NCBI RefSeq assembly: GCF_001194135.2
Contig: NC_068990.1
Coordinates: forward strand, 19,587,820-19,651,819
Origin: Octopus bimaculoides
Lineage: Eukaryota
Direction: 5' to 3'
Length of the DNA: 64,000 nucleotides
Below are positions 52,382 to 64,000 of the stretch, piece after piece. Below the pieces are notes generated by a model. The model saw only the letters and a program-made list of their open reading frames with translations. It was not told where the DNA came from and searched no databases. Each line of letters begins with the position of its first letter. Positions within the stretch are counted from its first letter, which is position 1. The position numbers and the translations under genes are program-made.

Positions 52382-53385
52382 AAAGCTGAATTTGCATTTA
52401 AAATTGCAAGTTTTTGACATATCTGAAGGACAAATTATTTTTACACTGACCATAATTAGTTCTATTCAAAATCAGTCACAGTCCTCCAGGGAATACAGCA
52501 TTCATTAGTTGAACGTTCCATCGTTGTGTTTGATATGCTCTATAGAAATCGAAATACCTGAATACTATTACTAAATGGCCTTCAAGTAAAACATTTCATT
52601 CACATCAAATGGCATGCAATGGTTACTCGGTTCCATTTGTTCCTATTGTCATTGTTGTTGTTGTTTTCATTGTTATTGTTTTTGTTGGTATTATTAATCA
52701 TTATTGTTGTTAATTCTGCTATTAATCATTCTTCTTCATCTTCTTCTTCATCTTCTTCTTCTTCTTCTTCTTCTTCTTCTTCTTCTTCTTCTTCTTTGCC
52801 TTTCATCCTTTCAGGATCGATAAAATAAGTACTAGCTGAACGTTGGGGGGGGGGGGGTGTCAATGTAATCGACTCATCTCCACCCACCAAAACTGCTGTC
52901 CTTGTGGAAAAATTTGAAACCGTTATTATTATTATTATTGAGCGAGAGAGAGAGAGCAGTACACGCCATCAAAATGACACAGCATTCAAATATACGAAGC
53001 TCTATATACCCATCATGAATAACCGACTGGCAAGGTTACACCAGGCGCATGCATCACAAACATATGAGCGTGGAATATCAAGTTAAGCAGTGTATGACCT
53101 TGCAGTGGGGTCCACTGAGAATTTTCTTCAGGTCGATTATCCTATCCCACAGCAAAAGCTTCCTGAATAAGAGTTGTTTAAGGATGATGAACAACCAGCC
53201 ATATTTCTAGAAGTGAATTTTTCAAACCCAAACATTTTATTTATTTACTTAGATAAGTAAGGCTCTGTTATCAGGCTCCATTTAAAAATTACCATATCGA
53301 TCATGTCTGCACAATTATTATGTAATCATGAAAACGAAAAAAAAAAAAATTTATTATTATAATTATTATTATTATTACAGTTGGC

Positions 53386-53574
53386 TGGCGAGCTGGCAGA
53401 ATCGTTAGCACGCCTGGAAAATGCTTAGCGGCATTTCGATTGACTTTACTTTGTGAGTTCAAATTCTGCCGAGGTCAACTTTGGCTTTTATCCTTTCGGC
53501 GTCGATAAAATAAGTCGATTACATCGACTTACTCACAGTCCCGAAATTGCTGGGCTTGTACCAACATTTTAAAC

Positions 53575-53600
<26 letters not shown>
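53386..53600 (+). mobile_element. SINE family B copy flanked by (ATT)n
   Basis: Matches the family B consensus, tail type 2. Confidence 0.8.
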
Positions 53601-53608
<8 letters not shown>

Positions 53609-53669
53609 TCAAAATAACATCGACCAAATGGAAACTTCCTTATAGAAGGAATGGACAAATACATTCCTT

Positions 53670-54170
53670 CTGTTGCCCGAGGTGACGATTGCCTGTCGAG
53701 AATCAGCCATTCTTTCCTTTGTTTCAAACTGTCATCAATTTTTATAGTCGTTGACATTGCAGTGATGAAGTCTTTGTGTTCACGATGAGACAGGTGAGAA
53801 GGAATCATATTGATAGCGACAGGTTAGCAGCTCTGAAGTTTGTCTCTTTCGATCAGTGGATGTGGCAATCATGCACCAAGTGGTTGGACCTTACCTATCA
53901 AGTGAATGTGACAGATGAGGATATCATAGAAACATCTTATCTACTGGACAACTTCCATGGTCAACTGGTGAGGATCTTCATGAATGAACATGTCCAGTCG
54001 ATCCTCATTGAACTGAACGGAGAGTCTGTTATTTCGGAGTTCCTCTCTTGTAGCATGCAGGCAATTTACTGTGCTGTTCTTTCAGTAATAGCGTCGGTAC
54101 ACAGCAGAAATGTCACGCATAGCTTTGACAGCTTTCGACCTTCTCGACACACGTCGGTCTAGATATTAGA
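53670..54170 (-). mobile_element. Mariner-type (Mos1/Hsmar-like) transposase remnant
   Basis: Minus-strand fragments KAMRDISAVY..AITERTA, FNEDRLDMFIHEDPHQLT, HLIGKVQPLGA-LPHPL and KQRKEWL resemble the mariner HTH, the WVPHEL linker and the start of the catalytic domain. Truncated. Confidence 0.7.
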
Positions 54171-55169
54171 CGTTGGTAAACTTTTAAGTACACATAACAC
54201 TGCGCATATCGCTTGCACTATCACACACATATCATGTGCAATATTTTATGTTTGTAAAATAGTAAAATTGAAGCCAATAAAAAGTCTTACTTTTACGTTT
54301 TTCGTAATAAAAGTAAAAACAAAATAAAAGCATTCATCATTCAGGGAGGATTAATTCTGCATTGTGGTATATGAATATCTTAGACTTCAACAGAATAATG
54401 ATTTATCAAGACTTGGCAAATGACCAGTATCTCTGGTGATACCGAATAGTTCTTTAGGTAGACACAAATATATAATTGAAAACCCTTTTATCGATTTATG
54501 TACGACTACATTGTGACTTAAACTCCTAATGCACAGAATAGAGATTAGAGGCTCGATATACGACGCGTTATTGCTATATCGCGCTATTTCGTGGAAGAAT
54601 AACAATTTTTAAGATGGTAGTCTTTATGAAGTATCTTCATTTTTGCCCTTCTCTGTCGTTGGTCGACGCTAACGCAGGGGCTGTAACTGTATTTCTTACT
54701 CTTGATTTCTTCCTTTCATTTCTTCCTGAAGAGCATCTTTCGTGGCTGGTGAGTCACACATGCGCTTGATTAACAGCGTTGTGATAACCTTTAAGATAAA
54801 TAAGCGTGTGTTTAGGGCACCAGTGTTATTGGGGCACCACAGATATGGCCAATGGTTTACTGTCGAAAAGAAATCAATTGAAACTTGTTAAAATAATATA
54901 TGCGAAGTGACTTATATAATTGGAAATATAATTTCGAAGTGTTTATGGTGTCATAGTGAAAATCTGATGAAAGACTTTGCAATTAAAAAAAATGGAGAAT
55001 AAATCTTTTCAAATATAAATAAAGTTGATGTATACAGAAATATACATTGTTTTCCATCATACGGTTAGTTTCGTAATATAAAAATTTATTCTATGGTTTA
55101 TTATTGTGTATATTTGAATTACATATGTATGGGAGAACCCAAATCTTTTAAGAACTTAAGGGTTGTATA

Positions 55170-55420
55170 TGTCTTAGTGCGACCATGGCTTCTGTCCCTA
55201 CCTGCTGAACAGTTGAAGCAGCAGTGTCTTCCATTGTTGTACACTTATATTCTTGTCTTGCCTCCTCAGCATTTTGAATGCAGGTATGATCATAAGCTTT
55301 GGCTCCTCTGTTCACGGTTAAACTCCACTCGCTGCGGTCCTTTGCCGATTCTTTCCACCTTCTTTTTATCGATGGAGGACTCTTTTCATCAATGTCCTAT
55401 GCTCCTTTCATCAGTTAATC
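55170..55420 (-). mobile_element. RTE-like LINE 3' remnant
   Basis: Minus strand KRRWKESAKDRSEWSLTVNRGAKAYDHTCIQNAEEARQ resembles the RTE C-terminal W...A.DR..WR..V..G motif. Confidence 0.45.
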
Positions 55421-55578
55421 CCCCGTAGTAGGAGCAGGCATGGCTGTGTGCTAAGGAAGTATATTTTGAAACTACATGGCTCCGCGTTCAGTTTCACTGC
55501 GTGGCACCTTGGGCTATAGTCTCTGGCCAACCAAGGCCTTGTGGGTGGATTTTGTAAACGCAAACTGAAAGAAACCCG

Positions 55579-55614
<36 letters not shown>

Positions 55615-55998
55615 ACACGCTCGCGCGCTTGTGCGTTTGTCTTTGTGCTTTTTTGTTCCTCACAACCACCTGACAACCGGTGTTGGTGTGTTTACGTTTC
55701 TATAATCTAGTGGTTCGGCAAAAGAAACCAAGAGAATGAGTACCAAGCTAAAAGGCGTTGCTCCAGCATGGCTGCAATCTAATGACTGAAGTAAGATAGT
55801 CTCTGAAGTATGTTGCTAGCATACAAATAAATGAAACTTTTCCTGATAAGGCAAGATTTCTGTAAGGAAGACAATGGAGGCAATGAATAAGGAAAATCCA
55901 GGTGAATTTTATCTGACCAAATTTTATTTTTATCTGTCTCGCATTTGGAAAGCTAAATTATTGAAGTGAATTTATTCAAGATTTGAATTCAGATTAGA

Positions 55999-56343
55999 TG
56001 TTGGCACTCCGTCGCTTGTGATGACGAGGGTTCCAGTTGATCCGATCAACGGAACAGCCTGCTCGTGAAATTAACGTGCAGGTGGCTGAGCACTCCACAG
56101 ACACGTGTACCCTTAACGTAATTCTCGGAGATATTCAGCGTGACACAGTGTGACAAGGCTGACCCTTTGAATTACAGGCACAACAGAAACAGGAAGTAAG
56201 AGTGAGAGAAAGTTGTGGTGAAAGAGTACAGCAGGGTTCGCCACCATCCCCTACGGAGCCTCATGGAGCTTTAGGTGTTTTCGCTAAATAAACACTCACA
56301 ACGCCGGGTCTGGGAATCGAAACCACTGGGCCATTGCGCCTCC
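55999..56343 (-). mobile_element. SINE family C copy with a ~9-bp TSD and a deletion in the tRNA-like head
   Basis: Nearly identical by eye to the reverse complement of 59350-59830. tcagattag is present at 55989-55997 and 56346-56354. Confidence 0.85.
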
Positions 56344-56895
56344 ACTCAGATTAGTATGCTTCGAAAATAAAATGAAGCAGTCACTCAAGACTGCCTGACA
56401 TCTCTATCTTTCTATCCTTATAGGGTTAGGAGAATATTTCGCTATACAGAACAACATGAAAGTCGCGAAATAGTAATAATTAAAATAAAAGTACATCACT
56501 TGTGAGCTTAATTAATAATGACACAAACTAAGTTAAAATACTACAATATTCAATCGAGGAAACTTAATGTGTAAAGTAATTAGACACATTACTATAGTTT
56601 TATCAGAGTCGAAACTTCACACGTTGGCTTTGCAGCTAACTTACTTATGACCTTATAGGTTATAGGCATCAAGTCGGCCAAAACACTTTTATTATGATAT
56701 TTTGCCAAAACTTCTTCCCTATGTCATTTACAATGTTTTAATTATTGAGAAAATAGACAGGAGTTTACTCTTCCTTTAGAGGTCAAGAAAAAAAGTACTT
56801 TATAATTTGACAGCTGCTGTGTTAATAAAATAATAAATACAATTTTCAATGCTATCAACACAAATTCGCTCGTCTTCACGTTTCCATGGGAGGTA

Positions 56896-56941
<46 letters not shown>

Positions 56942-59167
56942 CTAAAGTTTGGCGTTGTTCGTAAATTATCCGGAATATCTATGTCGAGGGTTACTACATG
57001 AACACAAACAAACAACGAATTCAGTTTTGTTGCTTTGAGTAAATGAGAAAGGAAAGCAATGTCGCCCCGAATTAAACTTGCCATCGATATGCCTGCTTTG
57101 AAAATAATATCAATAAGATTGCTTACCTGATATCTGTATGTATCTCTCGCTCTCTCTCACTCTCTGTCTACACATGTGTGAGTGTATGCGTGTGAAGAAA
57201 TATATGTGTATGTCTATATGTATGTCTCTTTCTCTCCCCCTCTCTCTCTCAATATATATATATATATATATATCTATTATATATATATATATGTCCATGT
57301 ACACGTAAATGTATTAGGTAGCTAGTTTCGAACTGAAATTATTCAATTCTGTTAGTTAAAATTCTCTCCTCAACTTGACATGTTTTCATTTGCTCGCTAT
57401 AGTTTGTGTCCAGTATCAGAGTTATTCCCACAGTATTGTAGACTAATTACAGATTTGCAACATCGGAGCAGTTAAACCTGCACCCCGTGCATAATTATGT
57501 GCTTGCATAAATTACAGTAAAAGAAATCTATTTTGAATCTTTGCTCTTGGAAACAGAACACTTGGTAGTCAAGTCGGAGGTAACAAAAAATAGCTTTTCT
57601 CTGACACTTCATAGAAATGAACAGTTAACAACAATAATTGCCCAAAAACAACGGAGCATTTAAACATCATTTTGATGGTGTTTTTGATGTCTGGTTTTAT
57701 GACTTCATTCTAGCCTCTTCTTCCTCTCTCTACCTCTAATGATTTATTTCTCTACTACACTAATTATAGATTGTGACAGTTCAATTCTTATTCTCCGACC
57801 TGCGATACAGTGACGACCCATAAAGTTAGCATTAATTTGTAAGAGTACAACAAGCGAACTGTTGACCATAAATCGTCCTTTATACAATGTTATCTTTCTG
57901 CTGAATCACAGTTTATTCCCATATTTATCACAATACCAGAAGACAACCACGCAATCTTATGGTTCAATCTGTCAACACTTACAGTATATGTGTGCACTCA
58001 TGTATTTAGTGTTTCGAGCTGTGGTCTCCTTGATATCTTCACTTCTTAATCGTGAGGCGTCGAAGAATTACAGAAAAATACACATTTGCCTGTATACATA
58101 AATCAAGAGATATAAACATACGTTGATACATACATATCTACAGATACATTGATGTATAAATATATGTGACAACGAACATTGATAATTCTCTCACTTTTAA
58201 TTCTGTGGCTTAATTTATCTACATACATTTTCTACAAGCTTTGGAATTAAACGTGCATTTCTTAATTCCGCAAATTAAGTACTTTCTTTGGGTTTAGAGA
58301 TATGATTGAAGTAAAGTATTATTGATTAGCGATAGAAACTACACAGCTTTTTGAAACGACATTTTTACAGTCATTTAAAATAAATGTCTTTTTTTATACA
58401 TCTCTTACTATAATCACAATTTCTATGTATTTTAAGTTTGAAAGCGATAAGGAGCAGAGTGCATTATAAACGTTTTCTCATAACAATGTAGCTGAAGATG
58501 TCGAATTCTATAATTAAAATCTTTGATTAAGACTGAAAAGAATTTTAAAGTTTTCGAGAAGTCTTTGTTCAATATTTTTAATCGTTTGCATATATTTCTC
58601 AATCAATCAAAATCCGTGATCTTTCGGAGCTCTAAACTTTAAGCAGAAGTTACTTAGCTCCCACTCTTTCTAACAAGTCATCAACAAAACTTCTTTTTTC
58701 CAACATCATCTCTCTGTTAAATTCTGGAATTAACACACAGAAATATGGATATATTTAAGTCAAAATATATGGATTCAACTAATTCAGAGGTGCTTATAAA
58801 AAAAAAGAAGCTCCTTCATGTAGCATTCTACAAATCATATAGAATATATACAACGATACAAGAGAAAAGCATAAGGAGTAAAAACGTCATGTCCAGTGAT
58901 TATTGGTCTAACGTAGATCCACCCCCCCTACACACACGCACACGCACACACGCGCGCGCGAGGAGCTAGCTTAATATCTGCATTAATTTAAAGATTGTTT
59001 ATATGCATACAGAAATGTAAGTAATTTAATTTTTATAAAATATAATAAAATAACTTATCTTTGCATGTTTTAAGTCGGGAAACAATTGTTGTGATATGAG
59101 AATTTCCAATGACTAAATCAATTTCATCAAACTATTTTCACTCGATATTTATAACTTTATATTATAT

Positions 59168-59210
<43 letters not shown>

Positions 59211-59349
59211 GAACAGCCCTAATCTCTCTCTTTCTCACTATCTATCTATTTTCATATATGTATTTGTATGTGTGAATGTAGGCATGTACGTATGTATGGG
59301 CATATACCTGCATGTATATATATTTGTATATACACATGTATCTGTGTGT

Positions 59350-59830
59350 GGAGGCGCAATGGCCCAGTGGTTAGGGCAGCGGANNNNNNNNNNNNNNNNN
59401 NNNNNNNNNNNNNNNNNNNNNNNNNNNNNNNNNNNNNNNNNNNNNNNNNNNNNNNNNNNNNNNNNNNNNNNNNNNNNNNNNNNNNNNNNNNNNNNNNNNN
59501 NNNNNNNNNNNNNNNNNNNNNNNNNNNNNNNNNNNNNNTGAGCGAAACACCTAAAGCTCCACGAGGCTCCGGCAGGGGATGGTGGCGAACCCTGCTGTAC
59601 TCTTTCACCACAACTTTCTCTCACTCTTACTTCCTGTTTCTGTTGTGCCTGTAATTCAAAGGGTCAGCCTTGTCACACTGTGTCACGCTGAATCTCCCCG
59701 AGAACTACGTTAAGGGTACACATGTCTGTGGAGTGCTCAGCCACTTGCACGTGAATTTCACGAGCAGGCAGCCCCGTTGATCAGATCAACTGGAACCCTC
59801 GTCGTCGTAAGCGACAGAGTGCCAACAACA
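59350..59830 (+). mobile_element. SINE family C copy (head GGAGGCGCAATGGCCCAGTGGTTAGGGC, partly in a gap)
   Basis: A-box-like TGGCCCAGTGG, (ACA)n end, and atctgtgt on both flanks as a probable TSD. Confidence 0.85.
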
Positions 59831-61689
59831 TCTGTGTAGTCGTGTGTGCGAGTATGTGTGTGTATGGTTTTGTGGAACAAGTGAGTTGCTGGTTTCCGGG
59901 TTCCGATTACCATCAAAATGGGTCATTTTTCTCGATTCTCCGATAAAAGCTGAACAAATGACTGTATAATAATAGATTATCAGTTGTATCATAAATCAAA
60001 ACTCTCCACTTGACGCTACTCCAGTCCACTGACGTAAGAATGATCACCGTTGAGTGTTGTGTGAAACGATAAGCCTTCAATTGACTGGGGTTCCATTCAC
60101 GATGAAGCTTTCTACTCTTAGTCTCTTAAACGCAACGAGAAGCTCTCAACTAATGGATTTATATTTGCGAAATCTCAGATTACAGTACGCACATATTAGT
60201 GTGTGTGTGATTTGTGCACATGTAGTTATATATATGTGTGTGTGTGTTTTGATGCAAACACACAAATGCACACACACACTCATTCGTAGATATATAAACA
60301 TATCTTGCAAGGTGTCTGCGAGCGTGGCTATGTACCTATGTACGTGTGTTTATTTGATTAAGTGTACGTATATTTCTATATATATGTATATAAATATTTA
60401 GAAAAATGTGTCTGTGTGTATTTAGCTACCTATATTTATAAGTATGTTTATCACTATTTCTATTGACATTTGCCCAGGCACAGAGATACCTTCATAGATA
60501 CACAAGCTTACATATAAAGATACGTGCGTATATATACATATATATACATATATAGACGTCTGTGTAATGAATGTATTTATAAGATATAGAGGAGTGAGTG
60601 TCAGAGAGAAATTGAAGGAGAGAATGCGAGTTAGAGGTAATTTTCTTTATGTAAATTTAATTTGCATGAAGTATTTTCCATTTCACATTGGCACTCAAAC
60701 GCTTTCAGTCAACAATATCTATGAAAAATAAAGAAATATATATGTAAAGTATATATTAAATGTTTGGTCTAATTAGTGTGAAGTTTCAAACAATTTATCT
60801 ACACTTTTTAGATAAGTATTTACTCGAGGCTAGGATTTTTAGAAATAAATCTACAATATATTTTATTACATTTTCTATGTTGATTAGATTTTCTTGTATT
60901 GACAAGAGAGTTACTCTTATATTTCTTCCTTCTTACTATGTTTAAGTTCTTAGCTGTTTTTCTTTCTTTGCTTGTTGTAACAAAATTCTGATATAAACTC
61001 TGGAAAATTATATGAATATATGAATTCTTCAAAGGAAGAGAACAAATATATTTTTTAAAGATATAATTGACGAACATTCATTCCTAATACCAATCAACTC
61101 TGTATATATCGAATATACCGGCTTTATGTATTCGTATATTTCTTTTATTATTCTTGATATTAACCAAATTACATACTGATATCCTAGCTAATACTGATGC
61201 CATATTTTTTGGAACCTAATTAAAACGATCAAACGTTGAGAATTCTACATCTCTGTACAACCCACAAGGATTAACAGCATATCTGCATCTATGACACCTT
61301 GTTTAACAAGCTTATTACATATTTTAAATCTACATATTCTAAAATAGCCGATGGTTATCACTGGAATTACTTTGATCATAAGTATTCTAGATTATGCTAG
61401 ATTTCGTCCTAAGCATGAACGATACGATTTTCATTCAACATGTTTTGCACAAGCTTGTAATCAACAGATATATTTTCACCAGATCATACGTATATTTACT
61501 CTTACATCATTTAGCATATCTTATGATTTAGGAATAGTTGCAAATTAACCTCGTTCGAGCATACCACAGTTATATTAGGAGGACAAAGCACTACGTATGA
61601 GCTACAGATCCATCATTTCTGATATGCGCCGAACTATCACAATCCTATGAAGGGGCGTGAGTTAGTGTTTAGGGTGTTCGTTTGCTTTT

Positions 61690-61995
61690 ATTTATGTCAT
61701 CAATCTAGGTCGTAAGGTGGTGAGTTCAATTCCCAGTGATGCGTTGTGCCCTTGAACAATACGCTTTATTTCACGTTACTCCATTCCACCCACCTGGAAA
61801 AAAATGAGTTCTACCTGTATTTCAAAGGACCAGCCTTGTCATATTCTGTGTCAGGCTGATTCTCCCTGAAAATTATGTTACAGGTACACAGATCTGTGGA
61901 GTGTTCAGCCACTTGCGCGTTAGTTTAATGAGGAAACTTTTCCCTGGATCGGATCAATTGGAACCATTGTCGTAACAGACGGAGTGTCACAACAA
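61690..61995 (+). mobile_element. Older SINE sharing the family C 3' half but carrying a different, CORE-like middle
   Basis: cagccttgtca...ctgtggagtg.tcagccacttgc...ggatcaa.tggaacc...gacggagtg matches family C; the upstream gcgttgtgcccttgaacaatacgctttatttcacg does not. Confidence 0.6.
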
Positions 61996-62076
61996 TCCTG
62001 AAAAAAACTGAAATCAAGTAAGTCAAGAATGATGGATTTGTAGGACATCGGCTTCCTAATATAACTGTGCCCGAAA

Positions 62077-63367
62077 GGCGGTGAGCTGGCAGAAACGTTA
62101 GCACGCCGGACGAAATGCTTAGATGTATTTCGTCTGTCTTTACGTTCTGAATTCAAATTCCGCCGAGGTCGACTTTGCCTTTCATCCTTTCGGCATCGAT
62201 AAATTAAATGCCAGTGGCGTACTAGAGTCACTCATCAAATTGCGGTCATCCTGGAGCACCACTTTGGAGGGTTTCGTCCAGCAAATTGACCTCAGTACTT
62301 ATTTTAAATCCGGTACTTATTTTAAACACTAAGTTATGAGGACGCAAACAAATCAACAATGTGTGTTGTGCTATGGGATGAGACCAATACAAATACACAC
62401 ATGCACACATATACACATATACATACACACATATATACATACATGAAAGGTTTACGCACAGTTTCTGTCTACCAGCATCACTCTTAAGCCATTGATCGGA
62501 CCGGAGCTAGAGTTATCGCACAGGGGGACTGAATTCAAAACCTCGCGGTTGCAAATCTACCTTCTTAATCACAAAACCATGCTTGTTAATTTTTTATTGA
62601 AGTAACTATAAGGAAGTCTTATCAAATGAAATTACGTTGTACCTTGGTGTATCACCACTCATGATACCGTACATTGATATGACGAAGTCAAATTCTTATC
62701 CTGGCAAAGGGGGAAGAGTAAGGTTTTGTTTTTTTTTAAAGACACTTTTAAGCTATAAGTAATGTACCCAGTTGAAATAATTTATATTAGAAAAAGTCAG
62801 ACCGTGTGTAAAAGACCAGTGTTTTACCTACCTATTATAATGCTCCCTTGACACATGGCACCCTTTTCAGCTACAATACAGAACGAACGCTTTTATTGAT
62901 TACCATACTGTATCTTCTGAAATACTGTAGTTAATTTCATGTAGAACCGTAGTGAGCAGAAACTCGATAGGGGTCGAGCGAAGAGCAAAGGAAATCTTTA
63001 GAGGAAGAAATCCTATCAAACAGATTCCAGCCCGTTACCTCCTGACATTGTAAGAGAGCCGAGTCAACCTTGATAGTGCTCGTGGGTGTTGTCCTGCTGT
63101 TATTCAAATACTTTCTTCGGTGGGGATTGAACTCACTTTATTTGTGAGTAATATTGGTTTCAAACTTTGGTACAAGGCCAGCAATATCGGGGAAGGGAAT
63201 AAGTCGATTACATCGACCTCAGCGCACAACTTGTACTTATTTTATCGACCCCCGAGAGGATGAAAGGCAAAATAAACGTCGGCGCAATTTGAACCCAGAA
63301 CGTAAAGGCAGACGAAATGACGCTAAACTTTTTGTCTGGCCTGCTAACGATTCTGCCAGCTCGCCCC
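62077..63367. mobile_element. SINE family B copies at 62077-62230 (+) and 63156-63367 (-), with a decayed family A copy between them
   Basis: Consensus matches on opposite strands. Confidence 0.75.
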
Positions 63368-63689
63368 CTTATTTGTGAGGAATATTAACATATTTTAATC
63401 ACAGAGATAACTAACGTTTAAAAAGATGAAAGGGGAAACAAGTTGTCAATATCAGATAATGCATCATTACATTTAATGGCTTTAAGTTCTTTAAATGCTT
63501 ATGTTTATCATTTTGAAGAAGGCCGGCTGCATTTGACAGATAAATAGAATGGTTCCTCAACATTTGCTGTCGTAATCCTCAATGACGTAAACCCGATACT
63601 ACAATTTCTGCTGATGACAATGGGCGTAATGATTATGATGAGGATGTTGAAAATTAATGATCATGCGGATGTGACGGAGTCAGTGATTA

Positions 63690-64000
63690 TGATTATGGAA
63701 AACGTGCTCATGCTGATGGTATCCTGATGGTATGGCGATTACGATGATGATATTGACAAATTTTAGTGACGATGACGATAAATATGAGTGCCTTGGCAAT
63801 CATCTTCAATATTATCATCATCATCATCGTCACCATCATGGTGATGGTCATTGTCGTCGCCCAGGTCATCGCCGTCGTCGTCATTATCATCATCATCACC
63901 ATCATCATCGTCACCGTCATCATCATCACCACTGTTGTCGCCATCGTCGTTGTGATCATCGTCATCGTTGTCATCCTCCTCCCCATCATCATCATCATCA
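63690..64000. repeat. Degenerate (ATC/GTC)n trinucleotide low-complexity tract
   Basis: atcatcatcatcgtcaccatc... Confidence 0.9.

Noticed and set aside
53776-54162. 128-aa + strand ORF as a gene
   Set aside because: It is the antisense shadow of the mariner remnant.
47803-64000. The M1-M2-M3 exon of the channel
   Set aside because: Searched by eye for a phase-0 acceptor followed by a hydrophobic M1/M2 and an LPxxxY motif; none found, so it is presumably beyond the window or in a gap.

Overview
Eukaryotic, AT-rich, gap-containing draft sequence. The repeat families and extreme microsatellite density look like a coleoid cephalopod, most likely Octopus; this is recognition from memory, not a database result. 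The only well-supported protein-coding content is two + strand exons (3404-3601 and 47545-47802) of one pentameric ligand-gated ion channel subunit. They are joined in phase 0 across a 43.9-kb GT-AG intron. The spliced peptide has the WxP motif, the (F)PFDxQ loop, the conserved loop-F Trp and the pre-M1 RR motif, but the Cys-loop has no cysteines, so it belongs to the poorly characterised Cys-less ('Pro-loop') pLGICs. The 5' exons and the M1-M4 exons lie outside the window. The rest is intronic: at least four tRNA-type SINE families in dozens of copies, three decayed Tc1/mariner transposases, three LINE 3' remnants, minisatellites, microsatellites and about 13 N-gaps. Two unusual small elements stand out. 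One has 28-bp TIRs, an 8-bp TSD, telomere-like repeats and a perfect 238-bp palindrome. The other is a ~320-bp foldback built around a tRNA-like Pol III promoter. A possible nested signal-peptide exon sits at 41807-41962. No CRISPR, rRNA or bona fide tRNA genes were found, and almost all ORF-track entries are microsatellite or repeat artefacts.
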